Shown: positions 11,858 through 25,195 of the stretch, piece by piece
How the letters are laid out: every line of letters begins with the position of its first letter
Numbering within the stretch: position 1 is the stretch's first letter
From: Octopus sinensis
Lineage: Eukaryota
Direction of reading: 5' to 3'
NCBI RefSeq assembly: GCF_006345805.1
Contig: NC_043004.1
Location: 29,450,001-29,514,000 of the forward strand
Length of the DNA: 64,000 bases
Translations under genes and position numbers: made by a program
Notes under the pieces: generated by a model
What the model saw: only the letters and a program-made list of their open reading frames with translations
The model's database searches: none
Told to the model about the DNA's origin: nothing

Positions 11858-14835
11858 TATTTTTTTTTTTTAGCGTGCTTTCCCTTCACTACCGAGCGCA
11901 GCTCTGTGTGCCTTGGGTATGTGCTGTGATTTGTTGTGATGCTCTGATGGTTACTGTATGGAAAGTGTTCTGCGTAGGATGTGTGCAGTGGCTACTAGTG
12001 CAATTTTCTGTATGCTATATGTGTTTGTAAGTCCTGGTGTTTTTGTTATGTATTTGTCTGAATATTTTTTTATCATGCCTAATGCACCTACTATGATAGG
12101 AATTGTTTCTGTTTTTAGATTCCACATTCTGGTTACCTCTATTTCCAGGTCTTTGTATTTTGAAAGTTTCTCCATTTCTTTTAGAGAAAGTTGTCATCTG
12201 CTGGTATTGATACATCAATTAGAAAGCATTTTTTAAATTCATGATCTCTGACAACTATATCTGGTCTGTTGACCTTAATTTCTCTATCTGTGTGAATCGG
12301 CATATCCCAGAGTATGGTTGCTTTCTCGTTTTCTGTGACCTTTTCTGATGTGTGCCTATACCATCTTTTTTCTGTTGTTATTCCATAATGCTGGCATAGC
12401 TTCCAGTGTATGTAGGTCCCAACTCTGTCATGTCTGTGAATATATTCCTTCTTAGCCAGGACTGGGCAGCCAGAGATAATATGTTTCTTGTCCATCTCCA
12501 CATATTCTGCAGTTACTTGTTATATTTCTTTTCATTACATGTTTTTGGTAATTTCTGGTGGGGAGGCTTTGGTCTTGTGCTGCAATTAAAAATCCCTCTG
12601 TCTCTGCTTTGAGTCCTGAGCTTCTCAACCATTGCTGGGATTTTTCTTTGTCTATTTCTTTTGCATTTAGTTTAGTGCAGTATTTACCATGAAGGGGCTT
12701 TTCTTGCTATCGTTTTATCATGGTTCTTTGCTGTTCTAGTTTTAGTTTGGATTTCATTTGTTTTATAGCTTTTGTTGTTTCTTCATCTTCTTCTTCTTCT
12801 TCTTCTTCTTCTTCTTCTTCTTCTTCTTCTTCTTCTTCTTCTTCTTCTTCTTCTTCTTCTTCTTCTTCTTCTTCTTCTTCTTCTTCTTCTTCTTCTTCTT
12901 CTTCTTCTTCTTCTTCTTCTTCATCATATTTGTTAGGTGGTATGATTTCTTGTTTGTATTTGTCAGCTTCCTTAAATACTGAGAATAGTTTTTTGTTTTG
13001 CTCGTGTTTTGCCGCTATTTGTATCAGTTTTCCTTCCTCCTGAAGTAGATATTTTTGCAGTCCTATGATGGTTATTTTATAGTATTTTTCCAGCTGTATA
13101 AGGCCTCTACCACCTTCTATACGTTGTATATAAAGGCTTTCTATGTCAGATTTTGGGTGATGCATCCTTGATCCTGTCATTATTTTTCTTGTTTTCCTAT
13201 CTATTTTGGTCAGTTCATTTAGTGTCCAGTTAAGGATATTGTAGCTGTAACTTATAACTGGGACAGCTAAAGTGTTAATACCTATTATCTTGTTTTTAGC
13301 ATTGAGCTCTGTTATTAGTATTGATCTAACTCGTCTATAATATTCTTTTTTTATTTTCTCTTTCATTTGTGTGTGTTGTGTCTTATCTAGTTCATCGATT
13401 CCTAAGTATTTGTAAGTTTGGCTTTGGTCTAATTCTTTTATTTCATTGGTTTTATCTAGTGTGATGTTGCTACTCTTAACTAGTTTTCCTCTTTTCAGGG
13501 TTACTTTGGCGCATTTTTCTAATCCAAATTTCATATCTATTTCTTTGGTAAATCCATGAACTGTCTTTAATAGTGTTTCCAGCTGTTTGTCATTTGCAGC
13601 GTATAGTTTTAGGTCATCCATATATAAAGGTGGCATCCAGTTCTATTTAGCATATCAGATAGAGGTGACAGTGCCAAGCAAAAAAGGAGTGGAGAGAGCG
13701 TGTCTCCCTGGAATATTCCTCTTCTAATGGCTTTGGTTTTCATGAGTCCCTCTTTTATTTGGAGCTGTAGCACTGTTTGCCATTTATTCATAAAGTGTCC
13801 TATGTATTTTATAATTGTTGGTGCTACTTTGTTAATGGCTAGTGTTTCGAGGATCCATGTGTGGGGGATGCTATCAAACGCTTTTTTGTAGTCGATCCAG
13901 GCCATACTGAGGCCTTTCTTCTTTCTGTGGCTGTCTTCAGTTATGGCTTTATTGATCATTAGCTGATCTTTACAGCCATATGAGCCTTTGAGGCATCCTT
14001 TCTGCTCTTCTGGAAACAGGTTGTTTTCGTCCAGGTGCTTGTTCAATTTTTGCGATATTACTGCAATAAATGCCTTGTACATTGTAGGGAGACAGGTTAT
14101 AGGTCTGTAGTTTTCTGGTTTTTCTGTCTCATTTGATTTGGAAATTAAGATGGTTTTCCCCTTCGTGAGCCATTCAGGCATTGTCTCTGACTCTGCTAGT
14201 ATGTTGTTAAAGCTTTCAACCAGCTTTTTGTGCACTCCTGTTAGATATTTCAACCAGAAGTTGGGGATCTTGTCATGCCCAGGTGCCTTCCAGTTGCTTA
14301 GTCTTTGCAGTGCCTGGGTGACCTCTTCAGTTATTATGAGGGTCCAAAGTTGCTCAAATGCTGAGTTTGTTGTTTTAATACTCCTTTTTTGGTTGTTCGT
14401 TCGCCGACCATATTTCTCTCCAGAATTCTTCCACTTCTTCTGCCGTTGGTGCTGCAGTGATTTCTATTTTATTTTTGCCAAGTTCTTGATAGAACTTTTT
14501 GGGGTTGGAGTTGAACTTTTTGTTTTGTTCAAAGAAACATTGGCGTTTCTCGTACCGGCGGATCCTTTGTACTTTGGCAAGGATATCTTGCTTTAGCTTT
14601 TCTTTTATCTCAGGTAAATCTTTTTCTGTGATGTTGTATTTGCGGAGTATTTTTGTTTTCTTTTTGTTGCTCAGTAGCGTTGATTGTCTACTGATTTCAT
14701 TAAGAATCGACAGATCTTTTCTCATTTTTTGTATTTTGTTTTGAATGTTATTTATCCACAGGGTTTGTTTGGGTGGTGGTACCCCTGTTTGGATGAGTTT
14801 GAGTGAGTATCCAGCTTCTTTTGTGGCTGCAGTTT
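11858..14835 (-). mobile_element. 5'-truncated R4/Dong-clade LINE, family 2, with poly(A) end and in-frame (GAA)n expansion
   Basis: ORFs 14375-14914, 13609-14253 (NYRPITCL, YKKAFDSIPHTWI, GIFQGDTLSPLLF), 12707-13636 (YMDDLKLY), 12181-12501 (HIISGC..RHDRVG, NRPDIVV..LIDVSIP), 11951-12175. A-run at the 3' end near 11860-11871. Confidence 0.92.
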
Positions 14836-14841
14836 TTTTTA

Positions 14842-14911
<70 letters not shown>

Positions 14912-14925
14912 CATTATTATTATTA

Positions 14926-14989
<64 letters not shown>
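14836..14989. repeat. (ATT)n tract, (AAT)n on the element strand
   Basis: Seen directly; abuts the 5' truncation point of the family-2 LINE. Confidence 0.97.
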
Positions 14990-15179
14990 CTTTCAAATTT
15001 GTTTACATTTCTTTCAGTCTCTTCCTGATACCTACAGCAGAGAAACTTACTCTACATATATACAATTGTAGGCCATTAAAATAAACACACCAGATTGTTT
15101 ATTTACAAAATCATGTGATAGTGAGAAAGGGGAAGAAAGACAGTGAGAAAAAAAAAGAAAAAAAATGAGAAAAGTAAAC

Positions 15180-17336
15180 AAAAAATAAAAGGGAGAAAAT
15201 ATGAAAATTCACAGTGACAACGCTCTTCTCAGTATGTGTGGTGTACCAATTAAGACAATCTTTTGCATTTCTTGCATGGATAGTAAACCAGGGATCATTC
15301 TCAAATAATTTTCAATTCCTTTTTTGACCATTCCAAGTGCTCCTACAATCACCGGTATTGTAATTGTCTTAGGATACCGCATCTTTTCGATTTCGATTAG
15401 CAAGTCTTTATATTTTCTGAGCTTATCAAATTCTTTTGCCGAGATATGACCACAGGGTATGCTCGTGTCGATCAATAAACAGACTTCTTTGTTTCGGTCT
15501 TTCACAACAATATCTGGTTTATTAGCTTTGATGGTCTGGTCTGTACAAACAGGAAAGTCCCAAAGAATCGTTACATTTTTTCCCTCAGTTACAGCCTCAA
15601 AATGATCCTTGTCCCATTTGTCAGTAGTTTTGATTTTACAATCCCGACATATTATCCAGTGTAGATATTGATCAATTCTGTTATGTCTTGACTTATATTC
15701 TACATGTGTCAAAATCTTACAACCAGACATCAGGTGGTCCACTGTTTCAATCCCGTCGTTGCAGTATTTGCTCTTCGGGTCTACATTTCTCATCACGTTG
15801 GCTTGACAGTTCCTGGTGAATAAGCTCTAATTTTGAGCAGCCAAGGTAATGCTTTCACTCTCTGCCTTTAGCCCTGAGCTCTGTAGTCATTGATGGGTGT
15901 ACTTCTGGTCTACATCAGCTTATTTGCTACGGGCCATATATTTGCCATGCAGAGGTTTTTGTTTCCACCTTTCAGCCAATTGTTCAAACGCACTTTGCTT
16001 TGCTATTGATTTCATCATCTTTTCAACTACAATTGCTGCACTTCCATCATGCTGCTCAATTTGGGTATTATGCATGAACTCACTAGCAAATCTTTTGTTC
16101 TTTTCATAACAGACTGAAGCTTCTTACGTCTCTCGCGGTTTTCAATGAGTTTTAGCATCCAGTCGTTCGATGTTTCAAGATATTTTGTCAGTCCAATTTT
16201 GTTGGTTTTGTAAGAGATTTCAAATTGTATCAAGCCCCGACTCCCTTGAGCTCTGGGAAGGTAAAGACGATCTACATCAGCCTTTGAGCGGTGCATGTTA
16301 TTGCAAGTCGGTAGCTTATGGATTTTCCTGTCAATCTTCCTTATTTCACTCATATTCCAGTTCAGCGCATTGAAACTATAAATAACAACAGTAACTGCTC
16401 GGGAATTTATAGCTAACACCTTGTTATGTGCATTTAATGCGGATGTTTGGACTGCTCAAACTCTCCTCTCTTTTACTTGTTTCAGTCATTTGACTGCGGC
16501 CATGCTGGAGCACCGCCTTTAATCGAGCAACTCGATCCCGGGACTTATTCTTTTGTAAACCCAGTACTTATTCTATCGGTCTGTTTTGCCGAACCGCTAA
16601 GTAACGGGGACATAAACACACCAGCATCGGTTGTCAAGCAATGCTAGGGGGACAAACACAGACACACACACACTCATATATATATATATATATACATATA
16701 TACGACGGGCTTCTTTCAGTTTCCGTCTACCAAATCCACTCACAGGGATTTGGTCGGTCCGAGGCTATAGTAGAAGACACTTGCCCAAGGTGCCACGCAG
16801 TGGGACTGAACCCGGAACCATGTGGTTGGTAAACAAGCTACTTACCACACAGCCACTCCTGCGCCTACTATAACATTTTTTCCAGAACTTCTCTTTCATG
16901 TTTGCATGCTGAATACCAGAGCCCTCATTTATTCCGAGATATTTGTAAGTCTGCTCTTGCTCGAGTTCTTTTATAACTGTGTCAATATCTAACACCACTG
17001 AATGCTAGGGCTTCAATTTCCCTTTCTGGAAAGTGGTCTTGGCACATTTACCAAGGCCAGATTCCATCCTGATGTCATCACTGAATGCATTCACAGTATG
17101 TAACAGTCCTTCAAGCTTATTATCGTTTTTGCCACAGAGTTTTAAGTCATCCATATAAAATAGATGACTTTTTTTTGTCGCCAATTTTATACCCATACCC
17201 TGTTCTGTTAAGTTCACTTGTAAGGGGTATTAGGGCTAAGCAAAAAATTAGAGGTGAAAGTGAATCACCTTGGAAAATGCCGCAGTTGATATTAATATTG
17301 TTTGTGGTCAATACTCCATTAGAGTGGCATAATTGG
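15180..17336 (-). mobile_element. 5'-truncated family-1 R4/Dong LINE (RT C-terminal half to RLE), split by a SINE
   Basis: ORFs 17147-17656 (NCGIFQGDSLSPLIF), 17005-17217 (YMDDLKL), 16027-16419 and 15209-15796 (ETVDHLMSGC, ILWDF..NKPDIVV); collinear with 9320-11045. Confidence 0.9.
16466..16866 (-). mobile_element. tRNA-derived SINE family II inserted in the LINE
   Basis: Matches 1194-1633; LINE sequence resumes on both sides. Confidence 0.92.
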
Positions 17337-17655
<319 letters not shown>

Positions 17656-18262
17656 TAAACGTTTGAAATATTTGGCGGCTGATCTGAATTTATATTCATA
17701 CATTTTTATGCCTGATTAAGATGGTAGTCGATATTTTCAGATTAGTGTCAAATGTGATTTTAAGTTTAATTCATAACAATGAAATTTGTTTTTGTTTTTT
17801 GTTGTTTTTTTTTTGTCCGTCTGTTTTCTATTCAGATTTAGTAGAATTTAAATTATTCCTCAAGATACATTAAGAATGTATATGCAAGCAAAACTTCAGT
17901 TAGTATGCACAAATAATATAATATATAGACTTAACTAAACAATAAAAACATTTTAATGTATATATGGATATTAGAGTACAAAGATGATTTTTCATGCGAA
18001 GAGTCAAATATCTTTCTACAAACGTGCTGTAGTCGTGAAATTGCATACCGAAGACTCATCAACCAGAAAAATTAGATATATGAATTTCTCTGGACCAGAT
18101 ATATATTTCTATGTATGTGTTACGTGTGTGATTCTCTAAATTTCCGTCGTGCGACCGGTATATCAAATACCTACCTGACTTGAACAATGTGGCAAATAAA
18201 CACAAGAATTTGATTGAATATATATATATATATCAAAATAAGCAACATGATATAAAGAGGTG

Positions 18263-18350
18263 ATGCAATACGACCGTTTCAAGTGGCTCCATTTAATTAA
18301 GCAATGCAATCATTACATCAATTTAAATGCAGGGCTATCCTCAGCTGCAT
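18263..18350 (-). ncRNA. Type I hammerhead ribozyme motif (family A)
   Basis: AUGCAG-CUGAGGA-long stem II-GAAA-C-GGUC-G-UA/UUGCAU; stem I of 6 bp with one G-U. Confidence 0.55.
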
Positions 18351-19457
18351 AAATAAATAGAATTTTTAATCAGTTGGACACATTAATATAATTTTACTCT
18401 AATTCTCTAATAGATTAAGAAGAGGGAAAGCTATTAATATAGCTAAGAATGTACTACACTTCTAAGAACTGTATGAAGTTTGTTAGGGTCGTAGCTTGTA
18501 AAGGATTATGGTTCATTTTAGATTTATTAGTCTTTTTTATCAACTACCAAATCTAAGGCTAGAGGATAGTATCTATTTAGAATGGAGAGTGGGAGTGAGT
18601 TGATGGGTATGGTCATAAATATTTTCAGGATTTTAGGATTTGTATAAGGAGGCGAATTGGGGAAGACCCCAAATCAAGGTATTAATTACCAGTTAAAGGA
18701 GCAAGACGCTAATAAAACCAGAGGAAATCCTCATGGGGTACTATGGATGATTGTATATAAACAATTTTTTTTATGTTGTATAAAAATAAAATTTAAGATT
18801 ACTAAAAATGATATTTTAACCAGATAGATAAAATGTGTATATATACCAATTTTCAACGGTAGAAAGGGAAGATAACACAGAATTAGTTTCATATTCAATC
18901 CTGCACTTAATTATTTACTTATTAGGTGGTTTCTATAAAGACTGCTCTGGGTATTTACTTATGGAATACTGGGGCGATAAATCATGTTATCTTTATATTA
19001 ATTATAAGCTAATAATCAGAACAAAATCGAAAAAAATAAATTGTCCACAGATACATACACATAACTATGTGCACACATGCAAATATACACAAATATTTGT
19101 ACTTTATTATGGGTATGTTATAATCGACTCTCATAAACTTAAGTAACTAGAAAGTTTATACCTCTTTTTAAGAACATTAATTGGGTAAACGTATCAAAAT
19201 AAGAAAACAAAATAATAAGAAATTATATAGAATAGTAAGAAAACATATATTATTATATATATATTATTATATATTATTATAATATATAATACTAGGGGGT
19301 AAGTTCACATCAGATATGACACTAAAAATTAATTTCCTTTATCTAGGTTCAAGTGTACCACCTTTAAACGCTAATTTCGAAAATATTTCTTGCTCTATTA
19401 GAGAATTTCAGTAAAATTATATTAATGTGTGCAACTTATTAAAATTTCTATTTATTT

Positions 19458-19545
19458 ATGCAGCTGAGGATAGCCCTGCATTTAAATTGATGCAATTATT
19501 GCATTGTTCAATTAAATGGAGTCGCTTGAAACGATCATACTGCAT
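19458..19545 (+). ncRNA. Type I hammerhead ribozyme motif (family A), stem III G-to-A variant
   Basis: AUGCAG-CUGAGGA(19464-70)...GAAA(19528-31)-C-GAUC-A-UA/CUGCAU. Confidence 0.5.
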
Positions 19546-19735
19546 TACCTCTTGATATCTTGTTGCTTATTTTGATTTTATTCACCTTTGACTCGTACGG
19601 AATATACCGCACTGGCTTGGTGCTTCAACTTAAGTACCTAATTCAACTGAATCTCAATTATTTCTCTTATATATATAAGCTAAAAATCATTAATGATTTT
19701 ACCAAGGAGTCAGCGCGGATGTATAAACCTTGTGG

Positions 19736-19916
19736 GTAGTATTTCGTCTGCCGCTACGTTCTATATTCAAATTCCGCCGAGGTCGACTTTGCCTTTCATC
19801 CTTTCGGGGTCGATTAAATAAGTACCAGTTACGCACTTATAATCGACTTAATCCGTTTGTCTGTCCTTGTTTGTCCCATCTGTGTGTAGCCCCTTGTGGC
19901 CAGTAAAGAAATAAGA
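19736..19916 (+). mobile_element. 5'-truncated SINE family I
   Basis: Matches the reverse complement of 413-600. Confidence 0.88.
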
Positions 19917-20689
19917 TATTAAGTGTTGCCTTTTATTCATTCTCCTATTGTCGATGAAGTGAATAATACAAATAATTTACTGAGCTAGAAATCAATTGGC
20001 AATATCTACTCCCCTACAATAAATTTTGGCTTTGCAACAAGTCAAAGCAATTGTTATTTAAATGATATTTAACCAAAATATCTATTTTCTTTAAATTGAT
20101 AATCTCGTGGTAGAGATGTTGGTGTATGTATGTGACTGCGTGTATTGATATAAGTATTATCATTGCGTATGAGCCGAGTTGTATAACATTTATTAATGAA
20201 AACATCAGAAATATTCTATATCTAAGTAGTTTTCATTTATTTTTTTTATTTCATTATGAAATAGTTGGCCAACCATTCTTTTCTATGTATCAAAGGAAAA
20301 TATTTATTGAAAGCATTCTGCCATTTATAGTTGTCGAAAATATGGAAAAATATTTTAAATGGAATACAGAACAAATGAAGAGAATAATATTTAGATACGT
20401 TCCATCTAAAATCCTTCAATCAATAAAAATACAGAAGTGAATATCCACTTTTGTATATATTGCTGTTGTGTTGTTACTTTTGTTGTTGTCGTTGTTGTTA
20501 TTGCATTTTGTTTACTGATATTGTCTGTTTGATTATTTCTTGCTTTAACTGATCAATAAATGCCAAATGCTGTCAGTGTGATATCCGTTTCTAAGTCCAA
20601 TTATTTTGCATTTCCTGAGAGAAACATGTGTGTGTGTGCGTGTGTATGTGTGTGTGCGTGTGTGTGTGTGTCTGTGTGTGTCTGCGTGT

Positions 20690-20720
<31 letters not shown>

Positions 20721-20804
20721 CGTGCGTGAAACAGTCTGATTGTATATATAAGACAGAGAGGCTATTCGTAGCTGTATTCGTATCAGGTTGTTTATAGCTC
20801 TCTT

Positions 20805-20863
<59 letters not shown>

Positions 20864-22207
20864 ATATCAAACTCCCATCTTCAACATCAAATTCAATCCC
20901 AGGTGGCGACCAAATACACCCAACAAAGGTATTCTCGTTGGGTGGGCTTGGACATGAAACAACCCTTCTAGTGAAACTTCTCTGCCAAAAGAGATCATTG
21001 GTCACATTTGTGTCCCACAAAACTATGAAAGGGAAATAGTTGAAACAATAGAATATATGTTGAGAAGAGATGTCTAACATTTTGGACGGAACCATTCGTG
21101 GGGAGAGAGAGAGTGAGTGAGAGAGAGAGATGTTTTGTGGTGTTACTGGATAAATAAAATGGAAGTAGTGGGAGTAAGGAAAAATTATTATATCAATGGA
21201 GGAGGAAAGCGAGAACAAGAGAAAACAAATGTAAGTGGGAAAACAATGCTCAAAGTGACGAGAAAACAAAAGATATTACTGTTGCTTTCACTGTTTTTGT
21301 TTCAATACTACTGTAGGATACATCAGTGAATTTTTAGCCAATACTATGTGTGATAGCGGATGTGTAAACACCTTGTCTATGTATATTGTAACTTCGTAGA
21401 CAGATAGCTGAGAGATCTACCGAATTGATTCCAATCCTGACTCGGGGCTTCATCAATGACTATCTAAAGAGGTACAACTATCAATAATTAATAAATCCAC
21501 TATTACTAATAAATAAACACATTATTACTAATTAATTAACCTACTATTACAAAAAACTTCAGAAAATTTTGATAAACCAATTTGCTTGTATGATTTCTTC
21601 TTAAGCTAGCGGATGATTATGTCTTATTATGCGGTCGTTAGTGGATACTTGCAGCTGACGAAGCCCCAAAGAGGCAGATACGTATTTAGCAATTTTCGCC
21701 TGCCTCTGATATATTTCTATCTTTTTTTAACACTATGTTCTATAAGAAACGCTATCAAGAATACCGCAATTTACCAGGCATTCAACGATGTTTATAGTTT
21801 AAGTATGATACACAGATGCTTATAATTATCAGTGTTTTGCTTCAAAGTCATGCTGTGCTACTTATAGATTTTAGCCAACGCTGTATCTATCGATAATATG
21901 TAAACAATTTGTCTTTCTTAACGTTTTCGTATCTTCCAGACCAAAATTCCTCATTTCTATACATTTGATCACTTGAACACACACACTCACAATCGATATG
22001 ACAAGCTAACACATTTTCAAAAGGGTCATTTTTTTCCCGAAATTTCAAAATATTTCTAATGCCTTTGTTATTGTCATTATTGATATTTAATTTTCGATCT
22101 ACATTGCGTTAAACTTTTAAAACACATTGATTTTTATGCATTTTCCGCAATGCTGTAGCCAAACTACAATACTTATATACATATATATACATAGACGCAT
22201 ACATGCC

Positions 22208-22285
<78 letters not shown>

Positions 22286-22286
<1 letters not shown>

Positions 22287-23177
22287 AGGCTCAGGCGTGG
22301 CTCTATGGTAAAAAGTTTGCCTCCAAACTACATGGCTCCAGGTTCATTCCCAATGCGTGACAACTTAAGCAATAGCCTCGGACCGGCCAAAGCTTGGTGA
22401 GCGGTTTTTGGTAGACGGAACCAGGAAGAAACCAGCCGTAACCCCTACTCCTCTCTGTTCCTTCTATGTGACCGGTGTTCGGCCAAGCATAATCTTTCTT
22501 TCTCTGCCTGACCGCCACCCGTACAACACCTCATTTTCCTGTCTCCTGACTTTCGTCTATGTTTGTGCTTCAAGGCACACACCAGCTCAACTTAAATTGT
22601 CCTCATTAGTCGAAAGACACCTGTTGTTATTTTCTTGTTGTTTGTATTTGTAATCGTGTAACATTTTCTGTTTTCTCGTTTTTTTCTTTTTTGTCTGTGT
22701 TGTCGTATACATTCGCTTGCTTTCTTCCAAACATTTAATGCTCTTAGCTTAGATTTTTGGGGCCAACCAATTTTGAACAGTCTCAAGTGTAACACGCCGA
22801 AGCTGTAATGATAATTGAAAACTTGACTGATGAATAGAAGGCCACGATTGATCCGTTCTGGTTTTTCCTGTCTGTCTTTGTATCATCTATCTGTATGTAT
22901 GTTTTTATTATCATCCATTACGTTCTTATTCCGTTTTTTTTTATATGTGTATGTGATAGTGTGTATAAGAGTGTGTGAGCGTGTGTGAATGTTTGTCCCC
23001 ACCACTGCTAGAATACTGGTGGTAGTGCGTGTCCCTATAACTTAGCGGTTCAGCAAAAAACCTATAACGTAAGTACCCAGCTTTAAAAGATAAGTACTGG
23101 AGTCGATTCATTCGACTAAAATTCTTCAAGGCGATGCCCTTGCATGGCTGCAGTCTAATGACTGGAACAAGTGAAAG

Positions 23178-23178
<1 letters not shown>
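22286..23178 (+). mobile_element. Diverged SINE family II split by an approximately 500-bp unclassified insert
   Basis: Head at 22286-22441 and tail half at about 22940-23178 match the family II copies at 1194 and 16466. Confidence 0.7.
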
Positions 23179-23215
<37 letters not shown>

Positions 23216-23427
23216 GAATGAAATTTGACTAGTGACCGCCGTTGCTGCTATCGCTATCTCTGGTTGTTTTCAGCTACAGGGGTAGAGAGAAATATGGTTT
23301 GATAAGAAATTGAAGAGGAGAAACTTCCCTCAAGGAGAGAAAAATTAGTGTGTGTGTGTATGTATATATATATGTGTGTGTATGTGTGTGTGTATGTGTG
23401 TGTGTATTTATATATATATTGATATAG

Positions 23428-24060
23428 ATTCAGATAAATATGATACTTAAGTTGATATACCAGAATTTAGTACGGTATTATTCATACAATTTCAAAGTAA
23501 GGCGATTAAAATCAAAATAAGCAACAAGGATATTCAGAGGTAATGCAGTACGATCGTTTCATGCAACTCCATTTAATTGAACAATGCAATCATTGCATCA
23601 ATTTAAAATGCAGAGCAATCTTCAGCAGCACAAAGACATAGAATTTAATTAAATTAGAACAGGAGGAGTGTGGGTCACTAGATTTATAATGTAAGGGATA
23701 TCGAGAGTGACAGAGATGACGAAAAAGGTAGCTGAAATGTCTAAGAGGTAAATTTCATGGAAGATAGGAATTTTCATGAAAGAAATGATAACAGTGAGTT
23801 CATCGGTAGAGAGTCAGTAACATTAATACAGTTAGCGAAGTAACGATTGTATAGTTCCGAGTAGGTCTGGTGAACAAAAACGTGAGCCTCAATATAGCCA
23901 ATGGGAAGATTACCGTAACTAAGGACCATTTTAGTTCCCACTGTTACGCTAGTAGTTTTTTGGTAGAAGTCAGGGAGGATGACATTTCAGAATAAGGACA
24001 AGTTCAGCTTACTATAGTAGAGTAGGGGGGGCTAAGTTCAAGTGATGAGAGTAAGTCAAA
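23428..24060 (-). mobile_element. Decayed PLE reverse transcriptase fragment followed by family-A terminal repeat
   Basis: Minus strand gives VTVGTKMVLSYGNLPIGYIE (cf. the PLE motif GxxMGTKMxPSYANLFxG), YNRYFANCI and HYKSSDPHS, directly followed by the HHR-bearing repeat at 23655-23428. Confidence 0.65.
23543..23631 (-). ncRNA. Type I hammerhead ribozyme motif (family A)
   Basis: GUGCUG-CUGAAGA-stem II-GAAA-C-GAUC-G-UA/CUGCAU; intact core, one stem I mismatch. Confidence 0.6.
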
Positions 24061-24328
24061 GAAATATAGGAGGTAATATTTGTAGTTGTCTTCCTTTTTT
24101 GCTCTGCCAAACATTAATGCTATCAAACTGATATTATTCTACTCACCACATTTAATCATGTTTTTTTTTTATTTCTGGAGTTGAAATGAAAGCCATATTA
24201 TTACGTACATTTGTGTATGCCTTTGTTTTTCATCCTTTAGTATATTTGAAGGTGCTGCGATTTATCTTGATATTAAACTGGTTCCATATTCAAATCTTTT
24301 TATTGTAAGATCGATGAATATGCTAATA

Positions 24329-25195
24329 CGGGATGTCCCAAAAGTCACTGATGAGTTTCAATTTTTAATAACTTCCTTAACTTCACAAATAAGTGCGTGA
24401 AATTTTGATACAATATAAAGGACATAATGAAAATTAATATGCACAAGTTAAATTTTGCAGCACCATTACATCACATATGAAAAAGGGCATCACTTAAATG
24501 GCAGCCATTTTCGGCTTCGTTCGCCCGTGCTCTTTCCAAAACTTGCACCATAACACCCTTCAAGACTTTCAGACACCACCACTCTGATTTCTTTATTGAT
24601 GCTCTCCTTCAATTGCACCAGGGTCTCCGGTTTGTTGATGTAAAGCCTCTCTTTCAAGGTATCCCCACAAGAAAAAATCCGGGCTAGTCAAGTTTGGTGA
24701 ACGTGAAGGCCATTCAAAGTAGACTTCACACATGGTTTCAGCAAGATGGAGCAACTGCTCATACCGCAAGAGAAACAATGCAGTTGCTGAGACAGTGCTT
24801 TGGAGAGAGAATAATTTCCTGCTACGGCAATGTCAACTGGCTTTCACGTTTCCCAGACTTGATTTTTTTCTTGCGGGGATACCTGAAAGATAGGGTTTAC
24901 GTCAACAAACCGGAGACCCTGGTGTAACTGAAGAACATCAATAGAGAAATCAGGGAATTGGGATCTGAAAGTCTTGAAGGTGTTATGGTGCAAGTTTTGG
25001 AAAGTGAACCGAAAACAACTGCCATTTAAGCGATGTCATTTTTCATATGTGATGTAATGGTGTTGCAAAATTTAACTTGTGCATATTAATTTCCATTATG
25101 TCTTGTTATATTGTAACAAAATTTCGTGCATTAATTTGTAATGTTAAGGAAATTAATAAAAACTGAAACTCATCAGTGACTTTTGAAACACCCTA
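24329..25195. mobile_element. Tc1/mariner-superfamily fold-back derivative made of two transposon 3' ends
   Basis: TA dinucleotide on both flanks; about 370-bp inverted arms. Plus strand WFQQDGATAHTARETM..GYLKDRVYVNKPETL; minus strand WPSRSPNLTSPDFFLWGYL. Confidence 0.85.

Larger units (their letters stand above)
18233..19652. mobile_element. Inverted-repeat element, HHR family A (PLE pseudo-LTR-like), arms about 190 bp around about 970 bp interior
   Basis: 18233-18420 is the reverse complement of 19387-19575; the right arm continues about 77 bp further. Homologous to 23428-23655 and 60925-61326. (TA)n at the left edge. Confidence 0.8.

Noticed and set aside
18420-19387. Interior of the family-A element as a PLE RT remnant
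   Set aside because: Only a compositional resemblance; no RT motif could be read with confidence.
21443-21690. CTGACGAAGCCCC at 21655 and an inverted TTGATGAAGCCCC at about 21450
   Set aside because: GAAA is replaced (AGATA), stem II is imperfect, and the inverted homology does not extend. At best a fossil.
24345-24365. CTGATGAG in the Tc1/mariner terminal repeat
   Set aside because: Chance match; no stem II, GAAA or stem I context.
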